Source of the DNA: Verrucomicrobiota bacterium
GTDB lineage: Bacteria > Verrucomicrobiota > Verrucomicrobiia > Opitutales > Coraliomargaritaceae
Assembly (NCBI GenBank): GCA_039815375.1
Contig: JBCBZJ010000041.1
Coordinates: forward strand, 1-18,207
Length of the DNA: 18,207 nt
Direction of reading: 5' to 3'
Position 1 is the first letter of the stretch, and each line of letters opens with the position of its first letter. The position numbers and the translations under genes were made by a program. Below, piece by piece: positions 9,189 through 17,338 of this stretch. The notes beneath the pieces were generated by a model. It worked only from the letters and a program-made list of their open reading frames with translations, had not been told where the DNA came from and searched no databases.

Positions 9189-9650
9189 ATGCGTGCGAAC
9201 AGGACATCCGGATTTACTCTCGTTGAGATCATGGTGGTGGTTGTAATCATCGGATTGCTCGCGACACTGGCTGTTCCAGCAATCCAGCGTGCACGTGAGC
9301 AATCACAAAACAGCCGTTTTGCAAACGACATGCGTGTTCTGGTGGGACAACTCGAAACTTACATCACGGAAGTAGGAACCTACCCCGAGGACTCAACCTC
9401 GGGTGTCATTCCTAGTGGTTTCAGTCCCTACATTCATGCGAATCAATGGAATGATGGCCCGTCAATTGGCGGCGTCTGGGACGTAGAGAGAGACTCTTAC
9501 GGTGTTACTCTGGCGATTGGTGTGCATCAATTCACCGTAACGAATGAGCAAATCGTAAAATTCGACCAGAAATACGATAACGGCAACGTCTCAACAGGAG
9601 ACTACCGTATGCTGGACGGGGACCGCTACTACTTCATAGTTGCTGAGTAA
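9189..9650 (+). CDS. Type IV pilin / GspG-like pseudopilin, paralog 2
   Basis: RTSG|FTLVEIMVVVVIIGLLATLAVP. Same length (153 aa) as paralog 1 and aligns to it without gaps. Confidence 0.9.
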   Translation: MRANRTSGFTLVEIMVVVVIIGLLATLAVPAIQRAREQSQNSRFANDMRVLVGQLETYITEVGTYPEDSTSGVIPSGFSPYIHANQWNDGPSIGGVWDVERDSYGVTLAIGVHQFTVTNEQIVKFDQKYDNGNVSTGDYRMLDGDRYYFIVAE

Positions 9651-9722
9651 ATCGCCTCGAGCGCGCTTTTGTTTTGCAGCGGGAGCTACCTCCGTCACAG
9701 GATGTCTGCCTCTTCTCTACGC

Positions 9723-11483
9723 ATGCCTTCGATTCGTATACTACCCGATAGAGTTGCCAACCAGATCGCTGCAGGCGAGGTCATCGAGCGTCCTGTCGCA
9801 GTCGTCAAAGAACTTGTTGAAAACAGTATCGATGCAGGTGCATCGCGTATCGAAATCGAGTTTCGAAATGGGGGAAAGTCCTACATTCGTATTGAAGACA
9901 ATGGCAAGGGCATGAATCCGGATGAAGCACTGCTTTCCCTTGAACGGCATGCCACCAGTAAATTACGCGAAGCTGCCGATTTGAACGAGGTCTCGAGCTT
10001 CGGTTTTCGTGGCGAAGCTCTCCCCTCTATTGCGTCTGTCTCACGATTTACCCTGCGCACGCGCACCGAGGAATGGGCCCACGGCACCGAAGTCATAATC
10101 AACGGCGGTAAACTGCTCGGGAAAAAAGAATGTGGCATGCCGGTTGGAACCGTGATCGAAGTCGCCCAGCTTTTCAACTCGGTGCCAGCACGTCGTCAGT
10201 TTCTCAAAACGGACGCAACCGAAACAGCCCATATCACCTATCACTGCCGACTCTTTGCTGTGGCCCATCCAAAGATCGCCTTTCGAGTGCTGGAGAACGG
10301 ACGGACGGTTTTTCAATCTCCCGCCTGTGAGAATCTGAGCGACCGTATCGCTGAAATCTGGGGTCGCTCGCTGGCCAATGATTTGATACCCGTCGATCTC
10401 GAAGACGCGGCAAAAGGATACCGATTGACCGGGCTTACAGCGAAGCCAGGAATTGGCCGTTCCACGCGGCGCGAACTTGTCACTCTAGTCAACCGGCGAC
10501 CGGTCGATAGCAGGACTCTCGGATTTGCGGTGCTCGATGCTTACCACGGTCGTATTCAGAAAGGACGCTACCCGCCGGCATTCCTTTTTCTTGCAATCAA
10601 ACCGCAGGAAATCGACGTCAACGTGCATCCCGCAAAGCGGGAAATCCGTTTCCGTAATGACGGAGAGGTCCGCCGCTTTGTGCTCGGAGCAATCAGTGAA
10701 ACGCTCGCAAACCACCGTGAATTGGCTACGAGTTCACCGTCCATTCCCTCAAAAGAGACTTTTCAGAGTACCGAGACTTTCGATACGCCTCGACCTGCTC
10801 GCCCCAAAGCATTCCCGAAATCAAACCCGAAAGTCAAAAGCTCAGAAGCACTTCCAACCGTTTCAGTAGTTGCACAGAAGCACCCCGTTGCTGCTCCCAT
10901 TCCGCGTTCCGATTGGCGTCTTATCACTCTACTAAAAAGTCGCTATGCTCTATTCGACAGTCCAAAGGGACTTACAATGCTCCACCTTCGAAATGCGGAT
11001 CAGCGCGTGCGTTTCGAACGGATCCTCAGGACTTATGAAGAAGAAAGTCCACCCAGTCAGAGCCTGCTCATCCCTGAACCGATTGAGCTCGAACCGCTTG
11101 CCGCCGAGACACTTCAACAACAACTCGAGCTACTCAACCGGCAGGGCTTTGCAATCCAGGAGTTCGGACGTAATTTCTACCGCATCGAGTCTGTCCCGGC
11201 ATGGCTTGAACCCTCTGAAGCAGTGCGCTTCGTTCGGGATACGATCGACATGCTCCGACAGCGCGGTAGCGGCAGGGGAAAGGATGAACTTGTCTGGGAA
11301 GCTGTTGCAAAACTCGCAGCAGAAGAGAGCTATCGAAAAGATGATGGAATCAACAGCAGTGCTGCGCAGCAACTTGCTGAAGAGTTGCTGCGTTGCTCAG
11401 TCCCCCATACCTCTCCATCGGGTAAACCCACCTTCAGCCTAATTAGCTGGAGTGAATGGGAGCGACGCTTCAGCGAAGACTAG
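9723..11483 (+). CDS. mutL: DNA mismatch repair protein MutL (C-terminal endonuclease motifs degenerate)
   Basis: [57 protein letters not shown] and a C-terminal domain with QSLLIP. The likely start is ATG 9723; 9702 is an alternative. Confidence 0.96.
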   Translation: MPSIRILPDRVANQIAAGEVIERPVAVVKELVENSIDAGASRIEIEFRNGGKSYIRIEDNGKGMNPDEALLSLERHATSKLREAADLNEVSSFGFRGEALPSIASVSRFTLRTRTEEWAHGTEVIINGGKLLGKKECGMPVGTVIEVAQLFNSVPARRQFLKTDATETAHITYHCRLFAVAHPKIAFRVLENGRTVFQSPACENLSDRIAEIWGRSLANDLIPVDLEDAAKGYRLTGLTAKPGIGRSTRRELVTLVNRRPVDSRTLGFAVLDAYHGRIQKGRYPPAFLFLAIKPQEIDVNVHPAKREIRFRNDGEVRRFVLGAISETLANHRELATSSPSIPSKETFQSTETFDTPRPARPKAFPKSNPKVKSSEALPTVSVVAQKHPVAAPIPRSDWRLITLLKSRYALFDSPKGLTMLHLRNADQRVRFERILRTYEEESPPSQSLLIPEPIELEPLAAETLQQQLELLNRQGFAIQEFGRNFYRIESVPAWLEPSEAVRFVRDTIDMLRQRGSGRGKDELVWEAVAKLAAEESYRKDDGINSSAAQQLAEELLRCSVPHTSPSGKPTFSLISWSEWERRFSED

Positions 11484-11487
11484 GCAT

Positions 11488-12786
11488 ATGAGCACGGGAC
11501 ATCTAAATTTCGAGGCATGGAGGGACCTTTCTGAAGAAAATCCAGAAAGACTGATCGATAATTTCCTTAGCAAATACGGGTTGCTCACGTCAGAAACTCA
11601 GCGGGCTTTTCTCGCCACTCGGACTCCCAGAGAAGCGGGTATCCGCAACATAAGAGCTGCGGCGGCTAAGACAGGAAGTTCTTTAGCCGGAGTCCCCTAC
11701 TTGTTGCAGGACCTTTTCGACATCAGAGGACTTTCCACTCAATGCGGCGCACCCTTTGAAGCTCCGTTCGGTGCCCCTCTCGAAAGCTCCTGCCTGCTCA
11801 AAGAGAAACTTGAGAATCACGGCGCGGCCTTTCTTGCCAAATTGGTGCCTTCTGAATTCGGCTGGGACATGAAAGGCCACAATGCTACCTATGGCAACTG
11901 CCCACATAGCGAAGGCCGAAGCTTTGTTACTGGAGGTGGTGCGGGAGCATGCGCCTATGCGGTTTCAAGCGGATGGGCCCCGCTGGCATTTGGCTTGGAC
12001 AGCTGTGGCGGTATTCGAATTCCCGCCGCATTCCATGGACTCTTTGGATTCCGTATGGAAACGAATGTATATGCCCGTGATGGTGTTTTCCCCATCATCC
12101 CCTCGATCGAGTCAGTTGGATGGCTCAACGCGAACATTGATGACCTTCTGTCGACATTTTTAACATTTTACGACGCCGAAGGGCCCAAGCCAGAAACACT
12201 CCGTGGATCTATCCACGGAAGCAGCATGCAGATGCTCGCGACAGAAACCAAAGCCGGATTGATGGAACTTCTTCGTCCACTCGATATCGATGAAGATCCG
12301 GCAGCAAACAAGTTACTCAGATCAATATTCAAAAATGCAGCCAAAGCATTCAAAACCATTGAGAGCCGTGAGTTGTATGCCGTTCACCAATATTGGATCG
12401 AAGAATACGAGGCCTACTATGATCCTCGGCTTTTAAGACGCATCCAGGCCGGTCGATCCTGCTATGCAACCGAATCTGAAGAGGCCAGTTCTAACCAGCA
12501 GAATTTACGGGCTGAGTTTGTGCGCTTTTTCGAAGTCCACGACTATCTTGTCATACCGATATGCCCGCTGCCAACACCCGAAAAGACGGATTGGGACAGC
12601 AGCTTGGAAGAGGAAATCCTTCAGCTCAACGCACCTGTTAGTCTGGCTTTTTTGCCAACGTTGATCCTTCCATTCAAATGCGGAGAAAACACCCACAGTG
12701 CCGCTCAGATTGTTTTCAATCCGCGAAAACCGGAGCTCGTCCCCGAACTGATCTCAAGACTAAGGGATTACTACGTTAAGTATTGA
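11488..12786 (+). CDS. Amidase-signature (AtzE/GatA-like) family protein lacking the canonical catalytic triad
   Basis: [19 protein letters not shown]....G.N..YG...[37 protein letters not shown] and GV.P..PS.ESVGW. ATG at 11488 lies 4 nt after the mutL stop. Confidence 0.85.
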   Translation: MSTGHLNFEAWRDLSEENPERLIDNFLSKYGLLTSETQRAFLATRTPREAGIRNIRAAAAKTGSSLAGVPYLLQDLFDIRGLSTQCGAPFEAPFGAPLESSCLLKEKLENHGAAFLAKLVPSEFGWDMKGHNATYGNCPHSEGRSFVTGGGAGACAYAVSSGWAPLAFGLDSCGGIRIPAAFHGLFGFRMETNVYARDGVFPIIPSIESVGWLNANIDDLLSTFLTFYDAEGPKPETLRGSIHGSSMQMLATETKAGLMELLRPLDIDEDPAANKLLRSIFKNAAKAFKTIESRELYAVHQYWIEEYEAYYDPRLLRRIQAGRSCYATESEEASSNQQNLRAEFVRFFEVHDYLVIPICPLPTPEKTDWDSSLEEEILQLNAPVSLAFLPTLILPFKCGENTHSAAQIVFNPRKPELVPELISRLRDYYVKY

Positions 12787-13396
12787 AGAGACGGTCGCCA
12801 AAGTCGCCCAAGCCCGGTAGAATGTAGGCCTTCTCGTTCAAAGCGCGGTCAATCTTGCCAGTAACGATCCTTACATCAGGATGTGCAGCCCGGAGATGCT
12901 CAACACCTTCTGGACAGGAAATGATACAGACCATGGTGAGATGCCTGGCCCCTCGCTGTTTGAGCTGGTCGATACACTGTGCTGCAGATCCGCCGGTCGC
13001 TAGCATCGGATCCAGAACAAAGACGTGCTCAGCCGGCGCCAGATCAGGCATCTTTGCATAATAACAGCTCGCGACCGCTGTTTCCTCATCACGCTCCATT
13101 CCTATATAGCCGACACTTGAACCTGGGATCGTCGCCATGGCGTGGTCCAGCATTCCAAGTCCGGCCCGGAGGATCGGCACGAAAACAATCCTTCCCTTGA
13201 TTGCGCCGCCCTCCGTCGGCTCAAGCGGTGTCTGAACCTCAAAGTAGTCGAGTTCCAGCTCTTTTGCCGCCTCTGCGACAAGGACTTGGGTAATTGCAGA
13301 ACAGGCGCTTCGAAATGCCGGTGCCTCAGTCTCAACATTACGAAGAACTGTGAGGTGGTGCTGCACGAGCGGGTGGTTGTAGAGATCCTTAACCAT
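12776..13396 (-). CDS. upp: Uracil phosphoribosyltransferase
   Basis: [31 protein letters not shown]-binding [11 protein letters not shown] and [14 protein letters not shown]. The start is ATG 13396; the ORF-track extension to 13483 overlaps punA. Confidence 0.97.
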   Translation of the reverse strand: MVKDLYNHPLVQHHLTVLRNVETEAPAFRSACSAITQVLVAEAAKELELDYFEVQTPLEPTEGGAIKGRIVFVPILRAGLGMLDHAMATIPGSSVGYIGMERDEETAVASCYYAKMPDLAPAEHVFVLDPMLATGGSAAQCIDQLKQRGARHLTMVCIISCPEGVEHLRAAHPDVRIVTGKIDRALNEKAYILPGLGDFGDRLFNT

Positions 13397-13403
13397 AGCG
13401 GGT

Positions 13404-14207
13404 TCAGCAAAACGACGCTGCTGCCTCGAGCAAGTCCGCAAATTGTGGCCGAACCTTGTCAGCCGTCTCAGAAACCTCCTCATGTGAAAGTGGGTTTTCT
13501 GAAATTCCTGCAGCCAAGTTGGTTATACAAGAAAAACCGAGAACCCGCAAACCGAGCTGCCGAGCCACGATTGCTTCGGGGACAGTCGACATGCCAACCG
13601 CATCCGCTCCGATCGCGGTGAACATACCGATCTCTGCCGGAGTTTCAAAACTCGGCCCGGTCGTCGCCAGATATACGCCTTCCCGCAAAGTCTGCCCCGT
13701 CTCCCCGGCCCATGAACGGACTTTGTCACGGAGTTCGCCGTCATAGACCGCCGACATATCCGGGAATCGCACACCGTCTTCTGCAGTCGTGCCAATCAAT
13801 GGATTCGTCCCGAGGAAATTAATATGGTCGCTCAACATCATGAAGTCACCTGGAGCGAAGTCTGGATTGATGCCGCCTGCTGCATTCGTCACCAGCAGTG
13901 TGTGCACACCGATCTCCTTCATTAGACGGACCGGCATCGTAAGCTCTTTCATCATGTAGCCCTCATAGTAGTGGAACCGCCCCTGCATGCAGATAACGCG
14001 CTTCCCATTCAACTCGCCATAAACAAACTGTCCCGCATGACCGGGGACGGTCGAAACAGGAAAGCCTGCAATCGTGTCATAGGGCACACGACCTACCGCG
14101 TCGATGCGGTCATCTGCGAAAAAACCGAGACCTGAACCAAGGATGAGTCCTAGTTCAGGTTTAAAATCTATGACTTCGATCGGTAGTTTAGGTAGTTCCA
14201 TGGTCAT
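13404..14207 (-). CDS. punA: Purine-nucleoside phosphorylase (trimeric, inosine/guanosine type)
   Basis: [52 protein letters not shown] and ITNLAAG (Asn typical of 6-oxopurine specificity). ATGA overlap with the pdp stop. Confidence 0.95.
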   Translation of the reverse strand: MTMELPKLPIEVIDFKPELGLILGSGLGFFADDRIDAVGRVPYDTIAGFPVSTVPGHAGQFVYGELNGKRVICMQGRFHYYEGYMMKELTMPVRLMKEIGVHTLLVTNAAGGINPDFAPGDFMMLSDHINFLGTNPLIGTTAEDGVRFPDMSAVYDGELRDKVRSWAGETGQTLREGVYLATTGPSFETPAEIGMFTAIGADAVGMSTVPEAIVARQLGLRVLGFSCITNLAAGISENPLSHEEVSETADKVRPQFADLLEAAASFC

Positions 14208-15514
14208 TTAATATGTTCGATGATAAGTCCAGGCAAGTCCAACGGTTGTTCAGAATAGTCATATGCGCCGAGCAAACGCTGTGCCGCTGCTTCGTAGGAT
14301 GAGAAATTATTGTAGTGAATATGGCAGAGAACATCTCCCGGCTCGACACGGTGCCCCAACTTTCGCTCCAGAATTACACCGACTGCCGGATCGATTTTAG
14401 ATTCTACACTCGCACGCCCCGCCCCCAAAAGGCGAGCTGCTTCACCGACTGCGAGCGCATTCAACCCGCAAATATAAGCAGGGGATTCTGCATCATAACA
14501 AACCTCCGCGACTTTGGCTGCTTGAGGCATTATCGAAAAATCATCGAAAATCGAGATATCGCCACCTTGAGCCTCAACCAGTTGCTTGAACGCCAACAGT
14601 GCCGAACCATCGGATATCTTGCTTTCCATAAGCGATTGCGCCTCCAAAGAACTGAAGCAAATGCCCGACAATACCATCATTTCCGCGACCAAAGCATAGG
14701 TCACCTCCATCAGATCGGTAGGCCCCGCTCCCTGAAGACATTCAATCGACTCAATTACCTCGAGGCTGTTGCCCACAGCACGGCCCAGAGGCTGGTCCAT
14801 TCGAGTGATTAAAGCCGACGTCGGCTTACCTACGCCGCGACTTATCGCGACCAGCGCTTCGGCTAGCTTGCGAGCCTCGGACTCGGTCTTCATAAATGCT
14901 CCGCTGCCGCACTTCACGTCCAGAACAAGTGCATCAATACCCTCTGCCAACTTTTTGCTCAGAATACTGGCGCAGATCAGCGGGATACTCTCCACTGTTG
15001 CAGTCACATCTCGCAGCGCATAGAGTTTCCGGTCTGCCGGTACCATATCAGCCGACTGCCCAATCATCGCTTGATGAATCTCCAGCAATTGCTTGCGGTA
15101 AGCCCTGTCGTCAAGCTCCACCGAGAGTCCCGGAATCGACTCCAGCTTATCCAGAGTGCCGCCAGTATGCCCGAGTCCGCGTCCACTCATCATCGGCACG
15201 CAAAGCCCGCAGGCCACTGCCAGCGGGGCTAGGATCAAGGAAACCTTATCGCCCACGCCACCTGTCGAATGCTTGTCGACTTTTGGCCGCGTAATCTCGG
15301 GCAGCTCTGCCACTCGACCGGAACGCATCATCGCTTCCGTCAGCCAAGCCGTTTCCTCAGTCGACATCCCCTTGAGCACAATTGCCATTAGTAATGCCGA
15401 GGCCTGATAATCCATAAAATCGCCTGAAACGACACCCGTTATGAATTGCTCGACCTCCTCGCGCGAAAGCGAGCCACCATCGCGCTTCTTGGCAATCATC
15501 TCCTGAGGTAACAT
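14204..15514 (-). CDS. pdp: Pyrimidine-nucleoside / thymidine phosphorylase
   Basis: I.KKRDG..L, DYQ.SALLMAI, DKHSTGGVGDK, MSGRGLGHTGGTLDKLESIPG, LYALRDVTATV, SKKLAEG and LGAGR. The likely start is ATG 15514. Confidence 0.95.
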   Translation of the reverse strand: MLPQEMIAKKRDGGSLSREEVEQFITGVVSGDFMDYQASALLMAIVLKGMSTEETAWLTEAMMRSGRVAELPEITRPKVDKHSTGGVGDKVSLILAPLAVACGLCVPMMSGRGLGHTGGTLDKLESIPGLSVELDDRAYRKQLLEIHQAMIGQSADMVPADRKLYALRDVTATVESIPLICASILSKKLAEGIDALVLDVKCGSGAFMKTESEARKLAEALVAISRGVGKPTSALITRMDQPLGRAVGNSLEVIESIECLQGAGPTDLMEVTYALVAEMMVLSGICFSSLEAQSLMESKISDGSALLAFKQLVEAQGGDISIFDDFSIMPQAAKVAEVCYDAESPAYICGLNALAVGEAARLLGAGRASVESKIDPAVGVILERKLGHRVEPGDVLCHIHYNNFSSYEAAAQRLLGAYDYSEQPLDLPGLIIEHIK

Positions 15515-15649
15515 CAAAAGTAGAAATAGCGACAAGTTGCCCCAAAACGCCATCATAAAAGGCAGGAACGCAACCCTATATGTCCCCCTACCCCATGCAA
15601 GTATCTCAGGCCCTCAATTTCCGTTTCTGTTTTCGAAATCAGAACATGA

Positions 15650-15826
15650 AAAGGCCCCGCCTGTGCCGTATAAGGGGAGTCCTTGGCCTTTTGCGCTTAA
15701 AGTGGGTGCTTTCCCGACAATATTTGTCTTCCGGTTTACGGCTGGACAGCCACCGCCGGGCGGCAAGCTCCCGATTGCTAAAGAGTAAAGGACAGAACTC
15801 CGTTAAGTCTCGAACACTGCAGGGTT
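15650..15826 (-). ncRNA. ssrS: 6S RNA
   Basis: The minus strand folds into the 6S architecture: CCCUGC/GCGGGG, GUGUUCG/CGGCAC, GGAGUUCU/AGGACUCC, CCUUU/AAAGG, a large central bubble (ACUCUUUAGCAAUC / ACUUUAAGCGC), then GGGAGCUU/AAGCACCC. It is ~175 nt long and ends in UUUU. Ends are approximate. Confidence 0.85.
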
Positions 15827-15832
15827 GAAAAT

Positions 15833-15860
15833 AAAGTAGGCAAAGCTCCACATGAATCAA
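15833..15860 (-). promoter_or_regulatory. Sigma70-type promoter for the 6S RNA
   Basis: TTGATT-N16-TACTTT on the minus strand, with the predicted 6S 5' end (A at 15826) 7 nt downstream of the -10. Confidence 0.6.
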
Positions 15861-16055
15861 CAGGAAACGGATGATATCAAGACTTGATGGCACGAAGCGC
15901 ACTTTTGCATAACATTGCAATGACGCCAAAATTAGTCCAACTACGTGTCCTGTAAGTTCCGAGAATAGGGCCTAATCCAAATCGAAGTTACGTTGTAATC
16001 TCTCACCAACGTTACTACTCCTTAAAGACTGCTATTATCGGCATCACCTACAAAG

Positions 16056-17252
16056 ATGGGACGCAAAGCCTTACTTAACATCCAAGTTTTGATATTCACC
16101 CTATTTCTCAACGGGTGGTCTGCCGACTTTTTCAATTTCTATGTTTCCGAAGGAGCTTTTAACATAGACCTCGATACAAAGCCCGATGAGGTCTATTTCA
16201 TTGAAAGTTCGAAGACTCTAGAAGATTGGACGCTGATTCGCGCAGAAAGCGCAAACGAACCAGAAGTCGAGACCAGCTTTTCCGAGAATACCTCCACGGA
16301 AATTTCGAATTTCTTTCGTCTAACGAAGAAGCCTATCCGGGAAACTGCTCCTCTGATAACCGAATTTGCGTTTTACGCCGGAATTTTTCACACGAACTCA
16401 GATAGAAGACATCGCGTAAGATTTCACGTCGATCTTGAGCTGTGGAATCCTTATTCGTTTACACTGATCGCAGATCAAGAATCGCAGAGCCGTGCGTACT
16501 TCGTAATTATCGAGAACCTACCTGTAGTAACCGTTGAAATTCCATCGAGGAACCTCTCCTACTCCGTCGACCTTAACGATTTCGAAACCAATCCTCCCCC
16601 GGGTTTTCTCAATTGGGCGCTCCCATGGGTGTGGGTCGATGTAGAGGATCTGGAGATCCCTCCTGGGGAAGTCTATTTTTGGTCCTTGGATTCTACGGGT
16701 GTATCCTCAGGTCTTCCCAGACATGCAGCCCCAACTGAAATTAGGTGGAGTCGAAGATCGGATCTTTCTGCAATTCCCGGCTTTCCTGCTTTCGAGCTAA
16801 CCGACGAAGTCGTAGTAACTGCTGCTCCGTCAACTATCTCAATTCATCTCATTCCTTTCAACGATTCTTGGAGCGAGTTGCCGCATCCTCTCGATTTCGG
16901 AGAGACTATTCTGAGCTATGAAAACATCCCGTTCGCAGGCTTTCAGATTAGAATGCAGGCATCGGAGTATTCACGGGACACGTCGAGCAGCTACCGCCAA
17001 AGCGACTCTACATTTGGATACCACTTTCGATTGCGAAACCCTCAGGAGACAAGCGAGCTACTTCCACTAATCGCTCCTTCATCGACTAGTATCGATTTCT
17101 CATCGGAGAAGTTTACCAACATGTTGGAAGTAACGAACGACCCGACAGAACTACCGAACAACCCTAGTATCTTCCTTCAGTTCGGTACTTTCTATGATTC
17201 TTCGCCAAACAGTAATGACCCTCCACAAGTTCCCATCATTGTGGTCGACTAA
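16056..17252 (+). CDS. Secreted hypothetical protein, paralog A
   Basis: Sec-type signal (MGRK + hydrophobic core + GWSA|DFF). The mature region is acidic and rich in Ser/Pro. A YFIESS..L.DW...FFRL module is followed by an ELWNPY domain. Confidence 0.85.
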   Translation: MGRKALLNIQVLIFTLFLNGWSADFFNFYVSEGAFNIDLDTKPDEVYFIESSKTLEDWTLIRAESANEPEVETSFSENTSTEISNFFRLTKKPIRETAPLITEFAFYAGIFHTNSDRRHRVRFHVDLELWNPYSFTLIADQESQSRAYFVIIENLPVVTVEIPSRNLSYSVDLNDFETNPPPGFLNWALPWVWVDVEDLEIPPGEVYFWSLDSTGVSSGLPRHAAPTEIRWSRRSDLSAIPGFPAFELTDEVVVTAAPSTISIHLIPFNDSWSELPHPLDFGETILSYENIPFAGFQIRMQASEYSRDTSSSYRQSDSTFGYHFRLRNPQETSELLPLIAPSSTSIDFSSEKFTNMLEVTNDPTELPNNPSIFLQFGTFYDSSPNSNDPPQVPIIVVD

Positions 17253-17338
17253 GGAGCAACGGAATCAGCCTACGAAAACTGATATCTCCGACTCGTGACG
17301 AGACTCAAAGATGGAGCCCTAAAGAGTTCTTACAATCT

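Noticed and set aside
8560..9650. Aromatic-rich pilins as conductive e-pili
   Set aside because: Pilin 1 is aromatic-rich, but it lacks an aromatic at mature position 27 and pilin 2 lacks 24 and 27. No cytochrome genes are nearby, and the criterion itself is weak.
15888..15910. Sigma54-like TGGCACG...TTGCA
   Set aside because: The spacing between the GG and GC elements is about 6 nt too long for the strict -24/-12 geometry.
15537..15929. Three short ORFs (15537-15788, 15580-15828, 15639-15929)
   Set aside because: They have no recognisable protein features and overlap the 6S RNA and its promoter, which explain the region better.
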